Below are positions 44,731 through 53,765 of a DNA stretch of 55,113 nt, piece after piece; the stretch's first letter is position 1, and each line of letters opens with the position of its first letter. The position numbers and the translations under genes were made by a program. Location of the stretch: NCBI GenBank assembly GCA_040004595.1, contig JBDUAO010000001.1, positions 1 to 55,113 of the forward strand. The letters are read 5' to 3'. This DNA comes from Candidatus Dormiibacterota bacterium. GTDB taxonomy: Bacteria; Chloroflexota; Dormibacteria; Dormibacterales; Dormibacteraceae. A model generated the notes under the pieces. The model saw nothing but the letters and a program-made list of their open reading frames with translations, was not told the origin of the DNA and did no database searches.

Positions 44731-45217
44731 GGCCCGCTCGCGTTTTCGCGGGCAAGCGCTTGTCGAGTTCGCGATCGCCCTTCCGATCCTGATGCTGCTC
44801 GTCGCCGGAGTGCTCGAGCTCGGGCGGGGTTACGTATATGCCATCGCCACCTCCGACGCGGCGCGTGACGCCGCGCGGTACGCGGCCGGCAAGACGACGG
44901 TCACCGACGGTCCCGGGCTTGCAGCGATGTGCAGCATCATCACCGCTGATCTCGCGGCGGTGACCACCAACGTGAGCTGTCCAACCCTCGTCGCCCACGC
45001 ACCCCCATTTGTCAGCGGCACCGATTTCACGAACCCGATAGGCGGCCAGGCGGTTGTCGTCGTCTACTGTGGAACCAGCCTGAACTGCGTGGGGACCGCG
45101 AACACCCGGTATCAGTCTGAGATCGATGTGTACGTCTACTACGGATTCAACGACCTCAATCTGTTTGGCGGCCGCATCACGATCTCGGGCTCAAGCAGGA
45201 CGACAACGTCATGGTGA
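44723..45217 (+). CDS. TadE-like pseudopilin
   Basis: 164 aa. The N-terminal RGQALVEFAIALPILMLLV is the TadE/TadF-type prepilin-like leader and hydrophobic segment. Confidence 0.75.
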   Translation: MGRARSRFRGQALVEFAIALPILMLLVAGVLELGRGYVYAIATSDAARDAARYAAGKTTVTDGPGLAAMCSIITADLAAVTTNVSCPTLVAHAPPFVSGTDFTNPIGGQAVVVVYCGTSLNCVGTANTRYQSEIDVYVYYGFNDLNLFGGRITISGSSRTTTSW

Positions 45218-45822
45218 CCGGGCGCCACCGCGGCCAGGCCCTGGTCGAGTTCGCCCTGATCGCACCCGTCGTGCTTCTGATCATCGGCGCCACCGTCGAC
45301 ATGGGCCGTGGCCTTCTGCTGTACGGGCTCCTCTCCGGTGCTTCGCGCGATATGGCCCGGCAAGCCTCGCTCGAGTACTACAGCGGATCCAACACGCTCC
45401 CGCCCGACTGCACAGCGCTCGCCACTCCATGCGGGCTCACATCGATCCTGACCGGCGCGCACCTGCTCGACTCACTAGGTGCCAATGTCGTGTACCTCGA
45501 TTCCATGGCGAGCGGTGCGCCGCCCACCTACGGTACGTACGCGGCCAATGTGAATCCAACGCAGCCCGGCACCATCACGCTGTCAGGGGCCACCAATAAC
45601 ACGGTCTACGTATTTATCTATGAGCTGGATCCGGCGACCGGCGCCACTCGCTGGAGCTGCCCAAGCTGCGCGGCAGCCAGCGGCAGCGCCGTTCGCATTC
45701 CGGGGCACCAGCGCGTCGTCGTCGACCTCAAGTTCAACTGGCAGCCGGTGATGGCGCGATTCCTGGGGATACCGACAGTCATCACGTTCGACTCGCAGAC
45801 CGTTGGCAGGCTCGAATTTTGA
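45211..45822 (+). CDS. TadE-like pseudopilin
   Basis: 203 aa with the N-terminal RGQALVEFALIAPVVLLIIG motif. Confidence 0.75.
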   Translation: MVTGRHRGQALVEFALIAPVVLLIIGATVDMGRGLLLYGLLSGASRDMARQASLEYYSGSNTLPPDCTALATPCGLTSILTGAHLLDSLGANVVYLDSMASGAPPTYGTYAANVNPTQPGTITLSGATNNTVYVFIYELDPATGATRWSCPSCAAASGSAVRIPGHQRVVVDLKFNWQPVMARFLGIPTVITFDSQTVGRLEF

Positions 45823-48143
45823 GCACCCGCAGACGTAGCCAGTCAGGCCAGGTGATGGTGCTCGTCGCCGTTGCCTTGCTCGCGATGATCGGGTCCGCGG
45901 CCCTGGTCCTCCTGGCGGGTTCCAACGAGTGGCAGAAAAACCAGCTGCAGGAGCTGGCTGACTCCGCCGCGTTGGACTCCGCCCTGAAAGTCGGTGTCGG
46001 CTGCGACGCGGCGAAGGCCACGGCGATCATCACCCAGGCCGACAACTTTCTGGCCACCAGGCGAACGCGCACGGGCAGCCTGACCGTCACTGCAGGCACC
46101 TGCGCGACCCCGTATGTCGGTAATGACACATTTGCAGGTGGCCTCACCCTGAAGATCAATTACCCGTATCGGGCGCATCAGCAGCAGGTCGAGGTGGTTC
46201 TGACGTTGATTCTGCCCATCTCATTTGGCGCCGAGGTGGGCTCGACGAGCACGACGGTTGTGCGTCGGGCGGTGGCACAAGCGCTCGAAGGATCCACTGC
46301 AGCGATTTCTGCAACGAATCTCACCTGCGGGAGCGGCCAGGTCAACATCTCCGGCAGCGTGCGGGTGCAAAACCTCATCACGATCAGCGGAACCTGCGCG
46401 CTGTATTCACACGCGCGCTTCGATGCCGCTTCAGGGACCTATTCCGATCTGGGCAATACGAGGGTGTACGCAGACTCGCAAAGCTGGGTCGGCGCAGGCG
46501 GGACCTGCATCGCCGGATCGAGCTCGGGCTCGTCCAAAGCGGTGTGTGCGGACGGAGTCGAGGTGACTGGACACGTCACACCCACGTGCGGAACGAGCGG
46601 GACCAGTGCCAATCTGTCAGCAGGCGTGGTCGCGGTGAACCCGAATCCGTGCGCCGCCGGTGTGGCGCCGCAGCCCGTGCCTTCCGTGTCAACCGCGTTG
46701 CCGCCAGAGCCGAACACCGATGCGAATGCGGTCGCCACGCTCCAGGGCACCGGCGGCGCCGCATGCGCCTCCGGAGGGGTCTACGCCAACATCGTCGTCG
46801 GCGGCGTAACTGTCGGCAGCGGCCTCGGGCCGGCTCCCGTGAAGGACGCCAGCGGGTTCTACCACTTCAAGCCCAGCTGCTACGGCTACCTCAATATCGG
46901 CCCGTTGAGTAGCGCGGGCATCTCCAACGTCCAGGCGGGTATCGAGACACCGCCGACGAAACACTTCATCACGCCGACCCTGCCCGTCGCAAGCCTGGCG
47001 GGCACCTTGCTGGCCGCGATCATGGAGTGCGATCCGTCACCCAACCGTGTTACCGCGCCGGCGCCCTGGGTCAACGCCGCCTTCGCCTTCACCGGCACCA
47101 ACTCACGCAGCGAGCTGTGGTACTACCCGAATAATCCAGGCGGGGTGACCAACGTGACGATTACCGCGGTGCCGGCATCCATCGCCTGCGAGGCGCAGAT
47201 GACCGAGTGGCGGAACGTGGCGACTGTGAGCCCGCTCGACCAGACAGGAACGACAACGGTCACGACCAACCAACTGACTGGGACAGTTTCGACAGGTGCC
47301 GCGACCAGTACGGCCAACGAGCTCGTGATCACCTCGAGCGCGTTCGCCAATCAAGCGGGCATGGTCGTCAACCAGGGCGCCGGCTGGGCCAGCCTCCTCA
47401 ACGACCCGATCAACGGCATCGCGAGCGCGTACAGGGTGGACCTTCCGGCCGGAGTCGCCTCCGAGACCATTTCGAGCACGGTGGCGACTACATGGTCTCT
47501 CGTGATGGCTGCATTCAAGCCCGCAGCCGGAATTGCCGCAGGTGCAGTGTTCGATCCGGGGTTCTATTACTTCAACGGGTCGGGATTCGCCGGCGGCGGT
47601 GGCGTCTGCCTGAATGGCGGGATGCTGCTGGCCCGCGATGTCACCATGGAGTTCGTCAACCAGGCCGGCTTCTCATCCGGCACCTGCGCCCCAGGCGGCG
47701 GGGCGAGCTGTGGCGGGACCTGTCGTTTCGGATCGACACCATGCTCGGTGCAATCGTGCCCGCCCAACGCTGGCTCTGACTCGCCAAACAACCTGACGTG
47801 GATGGCCGCGCCATGCGCCTCCGCCGCGGCAGCCGACGCCGCCAGCTGCCCCGGGTCGGCCTGGTGCCCGGTCGGCGATCGCGCCTGCTGGAACCTGCTG
47901 GTCTGGGCCCCGGCCAGCAACACGGGGCAGTTCGCCATCAAGGGCGCCGTGGCTAAGCATTGGCTGCTCGGTTCCGTCTTCTGGCCGGGGACCTGTACCG
48001 AGACCGTCAACGGGGCGAGCACGATTGCCGGAACGTTGAGTTGCGGCACGCTTTCCATCTCCGCTGGAGCGGGAGCCTCGACTGCAGTCGGTAGCGACTA
48101 TGGGATCAACACCGCCCTCGTGGAAGCGGTGCTGGTCGAGTGA
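45819..48143 (+). CDS. large TadG-like pilus-associated protein (possible tip or adhesin component)
   Basis: 774 aa. The N-terminus SGQVMVLVAVALLAMIGSAALVL... fits the TadG-like pattern. The rest is Gly/Thr/Ala/Cys-rich. A TTGA overlap links it to the preceding stop. Confidence 0.6.
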   Translation: MSTRRRSQSGQVMVLVAVALLAMIGSAALVLLAGSNEWQKNQLQELADSAALDSALKVGVGCDAAKATAIITQADNFLATRRTRTGSLTVTAGTCATPYVGNDTFAGGLTLKINYPYRAHQQQVEVVLTLILPISFGAEVGSTSTTVVRRAVAQALEGSTAAISATNLTCGSGQVNISGSVRVQNLITISGTCALYSHARFDAASGTYSDLGNTRVYADSQSWVGAGGTCIAGSSSGSSKAVCADGVEVTGHVTPTCGTSGTSANLSAGVVAVNPNPCAAGVAPQPVPSVSTALPPEPNTDANAVATLQGTGGAACASGGVYANIVVGGVTVGSGLGPAPVKDASGFYHFKPSCYGYLNIGPLSSAGISNVQAGIETPPTKHFITPTLPVASLAGTLLAAIMECDPSPNRVTAPAPWVNAAFAFTGTNSRSELWYYPNNPGGVTNVTITAVPASIACEAQMTEWRNVATVSPLDQTGTTTVTTNQLTGTVSTGAATSTANELVITSSAFANQAGMVVNQGAGWASLLNDPINGIASAYRVDLPAGVASETISSTVATTWSLVMAAFKPAAGIAAGAVFDPGFYYFNGSGFAGGGGVCLNGGMLLARDVTMEFVNQAGFSSGTCAPGGGASCGGTCRFGSTPCSVQSCPPNAGSDSPNNLTWMAAPCASAAAADAASCPGSAWCPVGDRACWNLLVWAPASNTGQFAIKGAVAKHWLLGSVFWPGTCTETVNGASTIAGTLSCGTLSISAGAGASTAVGSDYGINTALVEAVLVE

Positions 48144-48186
48144 ATTTGCGGTATTCGGCGCGCCGTGTGAGCCTTTGATCGACTAG

Positions 48187-48987
48187 ATGGCAATTTCAAG
48201 CGGTGGAATCGGCCGGCCGGGACGGGGCCGGATCTACATCGTGGTGGGCGCAATCCTCGCCGTGCTGGCGTTTGGGACGGCAGCCGCGGTCGCGAGCCTG
48301 CCCCTGCTTGCCGGCAGCACCTCAGGCACGAAGGTGGTCGTCGCGAAGAACACGATCACCGCGCGGACGCGAATCACGGCATCGGACCTGGAGCTGCGAT
48401 CGGTGTCCCCCACCCCCCCTCAGTCATTCACTGACGTCGCCCAGGTCGCCGGCAAGGGCGCCCGTGTTGACATCCCGGCCGGGCTTGCGGTCACCGCCAA
48501 CCTGATCACCACGACTGCTGACCAGCTGAACAGCAGCGATTCGACATTCCTGCCGATCCCCTCGGGCTACGTCGCGGTCACAGTCCCCACGTCGGAGCAG
48601 GTGGGCGTCGCCGGGTACGTCCAGGTCGGCGACCGAATGACGGTGCTCGCCACCATCAGCACTGCAGCTTTTGGCGTCGGGCCTCCAAGGCCGGTGGTGA
48701 GGACAGTCTTCCGCGACCTGATCGTGATCAGGGTCGGCCCGGCGACGGCCACTGAGCAATCAGGCGGAGGTCAGCTCACGAGCAGCCTGACGGTGCTGGT
48801 GACGAGCTGCGACGCGGAGTTCCTTTTCTGGCTGCTCAACAACGCGATCCTCAAGTACGAGCTCGAGTCGTTCAGCAACTACGGGACCACGCCCACGTCG
48901 CCGGACCTCAAGTGCCCCAGCCTCACCTCCCCGACCGGAGTCGGACCCAAGCAGGTCGACGAGAAGTGGCACTTCACGACTGCCTGA
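48187..48987 (+). CDS. cpaB: CpaB/RcpC-family Flp pilus assembly protein (SAF domain)
   Basis: 266 aa with an N-terminal TM helix followed by VVVAKNTITARTRITASDLELRSV, which is a SAF-like pattern. Confidence 0.8.
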   Translation: MAISSGGIGRPGRGRIYIVVGAILAVLAFGTAAAVASLPLLAGSTSGTKVVVAKNTITARTRITASDLELRSVSPTPPQSFTDVAQVAGKGARVDIPAGLAVTANLITTTADQLNSSDSTFLPIPSGYVAVTVPTSEQVGVAGYVQVGDRMTVLATISTAAFGVGPPRPVVRTVFRDLIVIRVGPATATEQSGGGQLTSSLTVLVTSCDAEFLFWLLNNAILKYELESFSNYGTTPTSPDLKCPSLTSPTGVGPKQVDEKWHFTTA

Positions 48988-48990
48988 TCG

Positions 48991-49941
48991 ATGCCACTCA
49001 TCATCGTTGCCGTTGCCGTCGCCGCCGCCGCCGGGGTGGCGTTGGTCATGTACGGCATCGTCAGTAGGAACCAGGTTGTAGCCGCCACAGACATCAACCG
49101 GAACGCAAGGGTCACCTACCGAACCCTTGCCGATGTTCGCGAGCAGCTACGCCGCCGTTTCGAGCCGACCGGAACTCCCGTCTGGATCGCTGCGAATCAG
49201 AACGCCAACCCGCTGGCGGCGGATCTTGCGAGCGCCGACCTTCAGCTTCGACCTTACGAATTTCGGCTGGTCCAGGTGGCGGTGGCCCTTGCTTTCGTGC
49301 TCGTCGCGTTCCTGCGATTCGGCGTGAGCATCGCGGTGCCGGTTCTCGGCGTCGTCGGCTATGTGCTGCCCGCCCTGTACCTTCGCAACCGGCGCGGCCG
49401 CCGCCTGCGGACTTTCGAAGCGGGCCTGCCGCGCGCGATGGAGCTCATCGCGAACTCCATCAAGGCCGGCCAATCCATCGCGCAGTCGCTCAGCTCGGTG
49501 AGCGACAATGCCGGTCCACCACTCAACGAGGAATTCGGCCTCGCGCGCCGAGAGATCGAGCTGGGCGCCTCGGTCGACAGCGCACTCAGCAACATGGTGA
49601 AGCGAATGGGCAGCACCGACCTGCGGCTGGTCGTGATGGTGATCACAATTCAGCATTCGGTCGGTGGAGACCTCCCCGCGATCCTGACGACCCTTGCCGA
49701 CACGATGAGGCAGCGTGCCGAGATGCGCGATGAGATCCTGGCAGCGACAGCGCAATCGCGGGCATCGAGCCTGATCATCACGCTGCTGCCGTTGGCTGCC
49801 GCGACAGGCCTCTACTTCCTGGTGCCCGGCTACTTTCGCCCGATGTTTGACAACGCGCTCGGGTGGGTGATGATCGGCATCTCGGCTGGGCTCCTTGTGA
49901 TCGGAAATGTGATCATTCGCCGGATCACGAAGATCGCATGA
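48991..49941 (+). CDS. tadB: TadB-type platform protein (T2SS-F family)
   Basis: 316-aa polytopic protein with a T2SS-F-like cytoplasmic domain (LPRAMELIANSIKAGQSIAQSL). Confidence 0.8.
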   Translation: MPLIIVAVAVAAAAGVALVMYGIVSRNQVVAATDINRNARVTYRTLADVREQLRRRFEPTGTPVWIAANQNANPLAADLASADLQLRPYEFRLVQVAVALAFVLVAFLRFGVSIAVPVLGVVGYVLPALYLRNRRGRRLRTFEAGLPRAMELIANSIKAGQSIAQSLSSVSDNAGPPLNEEFGLARREIELGASVDSALSNMVKRMGSTDLRLVVMVITIQHSVGGDLPAILTTLADTMRQRAEMRDEILAATAQSRASSLIITLLPLAAATGLYFLVPGYFRPMFDNALGWVMIGISAGLLVIGNVIIRRITKIA

Positions 49942-50864
49942 ACGCCTTACCGATCATCGTCGGCGTCCTGGCCGCGGTCGGCGTCTGGCTCATCGTCGCC
50001 GGCGTCCGCGGCTCGCGCACTGGCGACGCTGCGACGCTTGCACGCCAACGACTGGCGCGCCAGGAGATCGGCCTCGGCCAGAGCGCCGTGGCACTGGAGC
50101 TCGAGAAACCCCTCGGCGAGCGACTCCTGATGCCGGTGCGGAGATGGTTCACCTTGCAGGTGATCCGGCTCACGCCGGCCGCACAGGCCGCGACCTTCCA
50201 GCGCCACCTCGACTTTGTCGGCGCGCCTCTCGGCCTCGACGCGGCCGGCTTGCAGATTCTCCGGATCGCCGGAGCAGCGACCTTCGGCACCATCGGGATC
50301 GCGCTCGGCGTCTTCATCGGCTCGCCGGTTGCGCTCGGGATAGCGCTCCTCGTCGGCGCGGTGTTTGGCTTCTATCTGCCGGTGCTGTGGCTGGACCAGC
50401 TCGTGCGGCAGAGGCGCGCCGAGCTCGAGAGCGCGCTGCCCAACGCCCTCGACGTAGTCGCCATCAGCATGGAGGCCGGCCTTGGTCTCGATCGGGCACT
50501 CGAGCAGCTCGTGCGCCATCAGGAGGGTCCGCTGACCCTGCTCGTGGCTCGCGCTCTACGCGAGATCGAGCTCGGCCGGCCGCGGCCGCAGGCGCTGGAG
50601 GAGATGGCGCAGGCAACCGGCATCGAAGACTTCGTCGCCCTTGTGCGTTCGATCATGCACGCAGAGCGGACGGGCGTCCCGATCGCGCGCACGATCGCAG
50701 CCCATTCCGCGCAGATGCGGGTCAAGCGCCGTCTTCGGATCCGCTCAGAAGCCGCGCAAGCCTCGTTGAAGATCCTGCTGCCAACGGTCGGGTGCGTCTT
50801 CCCGACGTTGTGGCTGATCCTGCTGGGGCCGGCGCTGCTGGTGGTGCTCGCGATCAAGCACTGA
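49938..50864 (+). CDS. tadC: TadC-type platform protein (T2SS-F family)
   Basis: ATG 49938 forms an ATGA overlap with the tadB stop. It has a T2SS-F-like domain (LPNALDVVAISMEAGLGLDRAL). Confidence 0.8.
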   Translation: MNALPIIVGVLAAVGVWLIVAGVRGSRTGDAATLARQRLARQEIGLGQSAVALELEKPLGERLLMPVRRWFTLQVIRLTPAAQAATFQRHLDFVGAPLGLDAAGLQILRIAGAATFGTIGIALGVFIGSPVALGIALLVGAVFGFYLPVLWLDQLVRQRRAELESALPNALDVVAISMEAGLGLDRALEQLVRHQEGPLTLLVARALREIELGRPRPQALEEMAQATGIEDFVALVRSIMHAERTGVPIARTIAAHSAQMRVKRRLRIRSEAAQASLKILLPTVGCVFPTLWLILLGPALLVVLAIKH

Positions 50865-50896
50865 CGCGGTTCATTGCTCCATAAAGGGAGAAAGGG

Positions 50897-51523
50897 CTAG
50901 GACAGAAAGGGGTTTGACTTTCTCTCTCGGCCTATCGTGGTCGCCGGGCCGTGGCCGCTGAAGACCGCGTAATCGTCGGGCAGGGACAGCAGCTTGGAGT
51001 GAATGCCGTCAAGCAAAGCTTGACCGTCTGAGTTTCGGAAATCCGATCTACCGATCGATCCCGCGAACAGAGCGTCTCCTGTGAAAAGGAGCTTGTGCAT
51101 CTTGAACGTGACACCACCCGGGCTGTGGCCCGGTGTATGCAGCACCTCGAACTCGAGGGAACCAGCCCGATAGTGAGCGTGCTCGCCGAGGCTGACAACG
51201 TTCTCCAACCGAGGCAGCTCGGCCGCAAACTCGCGGCGCAACGGTGTTCCATCGACGAGCACATGCTGTTCCGTTTCATGGACGACGACAGGGACAGAGC
51301 CGAGCGCCTCGAGCAGCGCCGGCAGTCCCGCGATGTGATCGACGTCGGTGTGAGTCAGCAGGATGGCCCGAACATTCGCGCCCGCCCTCCGCGCCACCTC
51401 CAGAATCGCCTGCGGCTCGAAGTTCGCATCGATGATGACCGCGTCCTTTGTGGCCTCATCCAAGACCAGGTAGGAGTTCGTTCCAAACCGATCGTCGGCG
51501 GTCGCTTCAACGGTGACCTTCAC
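50897..51523 (-). CDS. MBL-fold metallo-hydrolase (glyoxalase-II-like)
   Basis: 208 aa. It has THTDVDH where HxHxDH is expected, then HTPGHSPG, and later D and H ligands. A GTGA overlap links it to the rel stop. Confidence 0.8.
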   Translation of the reverse strand: MKVTVEATADDRFGTNSYLVLDEATKDAVIIDANFEPQAILEVARRAGANVRAILLTHTDVDHIAGLPALLEALGSVPVVVHETEQHVLVDGTPLRREFAAELPRLENVVSLGEHAHYRAGSLEFEVLHTPGHSPGGVTFKMHKLLFTGDALFAGSIGRSDFRNSDGQALLDGIHSKLLSLPDDYAVFSGHGPATTIGRERKSNPFLS

Positions 51524-53694
51524 GACGCTTCGCGTGCCACGGTGTGGACGTCCTTGATCGCCTCGAGCTTCTCCATCACGCGCGACAGCTGAGCCAGGGA
51601 GTCGATCTCGACCGTCGCCGACACCACAGCCGTCTTGTCGTCATAGACATGAACCTCGAGCGCCGACATGTTGACCCTGTTCTCCGCCACCACCGTCGCG
51701 ATGTCGCGAAGAAGTCCCTGCCTGTCCCATGCCTCGATCTTGATATCGACTGGATACAGGTGCGTCGCCTCGGCGTCCCAGTCGACCGGCACCACGCGCG
51801 CGCGATCCTGCGCGTTGACCGCATTGATGCAGTCCGCTCGGTGGACTGTCACGCCGCGGCCGCGTGTCGTGTAGCCGGCTATCGCATCGCCGGGCACTGG
51901 CTGGCAGCACGGCGCGATTTTGGTCAGCACCCCCTTCTCGCCGCGCACGAGCACGCGCGGCGTCGGCTGCACGTTGGGGATCAGCGGGATCGATTGAAGG
52001 TCGCCATCCGCAGCGCCGGCGCTCAAGGCCATGCGCATCACCACCGCGTGCGGCGACAGGTCTCCGTACCCGATGGCGGCAAGGAAGTCGTCGATCGCGT
52101 TGTAGTGATGGAGATTCGACATCTCGAGCAGCTTCGAGTCGGGCAGGTCCGCGAGATTGACCCTGTGCATGCGGTGAAGCTCTTTGTCGAGGAGGTCGCG
52201 GCCCTTGGCCACATTCTCTTCGCGTCGCTGGCTCTTGAACCACTTGCGTATCCGTTCCTTTGCCGAGGCGCTCTTGACGAAGTTGAGCCAATCGCGGCTC
52301 GGACCATGCGGCGCCTTCGACGTCAGGATCTCGACGATCTCGCCGTTCTTGAGCGGGTAGTCAAGAGGCACCATGCGCCCGTTGGCCTTGGCGCCGATGC
52401 ACCGATGGCCGACCTCGGTGTGGATGCGATAGGCGAAGTCCACCGGCGTCGAATCCGCTGGCAGATTTAAGACCTCGCCCTTGGGCGTGAACACGTAAAC
52501 CTCGTCCTGGAACAGGTCGACCTTGACGGTGTCGAGGAACGACTCCGCATCGCCGACCTCGTTCTGCCACTCGAGAAGGCTGCGGAGCCACGAAAGCTTC
52601 TGGTCGAAGCTCGCGACCTTGCCCCCCTCCTTGTAAGCCCAGTGAGCGGCCACCCCGTACTCGGCGATGCGATGCATCTCGTGTGTGCGGATCTGGATCT
52701 CGATCGGCTCGCCGGTATGGGTGATGACAGTCGTGTGAAGCGACTGGTAGCCATTGGACTTGGGCATCGCCACGTAGTCCTTGAAACGGCCTGGCACCGG
52801 CTTCCACAGCGAGTGGACGACGCCGAGGACCCCATAGCAGTCGCGTACCGAGTCGACCTGCACCCTGATCGCAGACAGGTCGTAGATCTCGGTGAAATCC
52901 TTGTTCTCTCTGGTCATCTTCTGCCAGACCGAATAGATGTGTTTCGGCCGGCCCGTTATGTCCGCGCTGATGCCGACAGTCTCGAGCTCGCGCGCGAGAA
53001 TCTCCCGCAGGTCCGAGACAAGCGCCTCGCGCTCGTTGCGCTTGCGAGAGATCCGCTTCGCGACCTCGTCGAAGGACTCCGGCTCGAGATAACGAAAGGC
53101 CAGGTCCTCGAGCTCCCACTTGACCTGCCCGATGCCGAGCCGGTGTGCCAGCGGCGCGTAGATGTCGAGGGTCTCTCTTGAGATCTTGCGGCGCTTCACG
53201 TCGGACAGCGGTTCGAGGGTCCGCATGTTATGGAGCCGGTCGGCGAGCTTGATGAGGACCACTCGCAGGTCCTCCGCCATCGCGACCATCATCTTGCGGA
53301 TGTTTTCCGCCTGCTGCTGCTGGTCGGAGCGCAGCGAGATCCGGCCGAGCTTCGTCACCCCTTCGACCAGCCTCGCCACCTCGGGACCGAACTCCTTCTC
53401 TACCTCCTCGGCGGTGAGGGCCGTGTCCTCGACTGTGTCGTGGAGCAACGCGGCTGCAATCGTGGCTGCGTCCAGCTCGAGGTCGGCAAGGATCGCCGCC
53501 ACCTCCATCGGGTGGTTGACATAGTCCTCCCCCGATAGGCGGCGCTGGCCGGTGTGAGCGCTGGCGGCGCGCTCATACGCCCTCTTGACCATCGCTTGAT
53601 CCGGGGCCTCGAGGTGGTCCGCAATCCGCAAGAGCTCTGACACTGTCACCTGATCACCTGAACAGAGTTTAGGAGAGCTATGAGGGAGGCCCAC
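51520..53694 (-). CDS. rel: bifunctional (p)ppGpp synthetase/hydrolase Rel (RelA/SpoT homologue)
   Basis: 724 aa with an HD hydrolase domain (HPMEVA...HDTVEDT), a synthetase domain (YQSLHTTV, EIQIRT), and TGS and ACT-like C-terminal domains. The true start may be GTG 53649 or 53643, downstream of an AGGTGA sequence. Confidence 0.95.
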   Translation of the reverse strand: MGLPHSSPKLCSGDQVTVSELLRIADHLEAPDQAMVKRAYERAASAHTGQRRLSGEDYVNHPMEVAAILADLELDAATIAAALLHDTVEDTALTAEEVEKEFGPEVARLVEGVTKLGRISLRSDQQQQAENIRKMMVAMAEDLRVVLIKLADRLHNMRTLEPLSDVKRRKISRETLDIYAPLAHRLGIGQVKWELEDLAFRYLEPESFDEVAKRISRKRNEREALVSDLREILARELETVGISADITGRPKHIYSVWQKMTRENKDFTEIYDLSAIRVQVDSVRDCYGVLGVVHSLWKPVPGRFKDYVAMPKSNGYQSLHTTVITHTGEPIEIQIRTHEMHRIAEYGVAAHWAYKEGGKVASFDQKLSWLRSLLEWQNEVGDAESFLDTVKVDLFQDEVYVFTPKGEVLNLPADSTPVDFAYRIHTEVGHRCIGAKANGRMVPLDYPLKNGEIVEILTSKAPHGPSRDWLNFVKSASAKERIRKWFKSQRREENVAKGRDLLDKELHRMHRVNLADLPDSKLLEMSNLHHYNAIDDFLAAIGYGDLSPHAVVMRMALSAGAADGDLQSIPLIPNVQPTPRVLVRGEKGVLTKIAPCCQPVPGDAIAGYTTRGRGVTVHRADCINAVNAQDRARVVPVDWDAEATHLYPVDIKIEAWDRQGLLRDIATVVAENRVNMSALEVHVYDDKTAVVSATVEIDSLAQLSRVMEKLEAIKDVHTVAREAS

Positions 53695-53765
53695 CGAGGT
53701 CCCCAGCGCGCAGAGCGGCGATTAGGATGGGACCTACTGATCGCACCTAGACTTACTCGCGCCAT

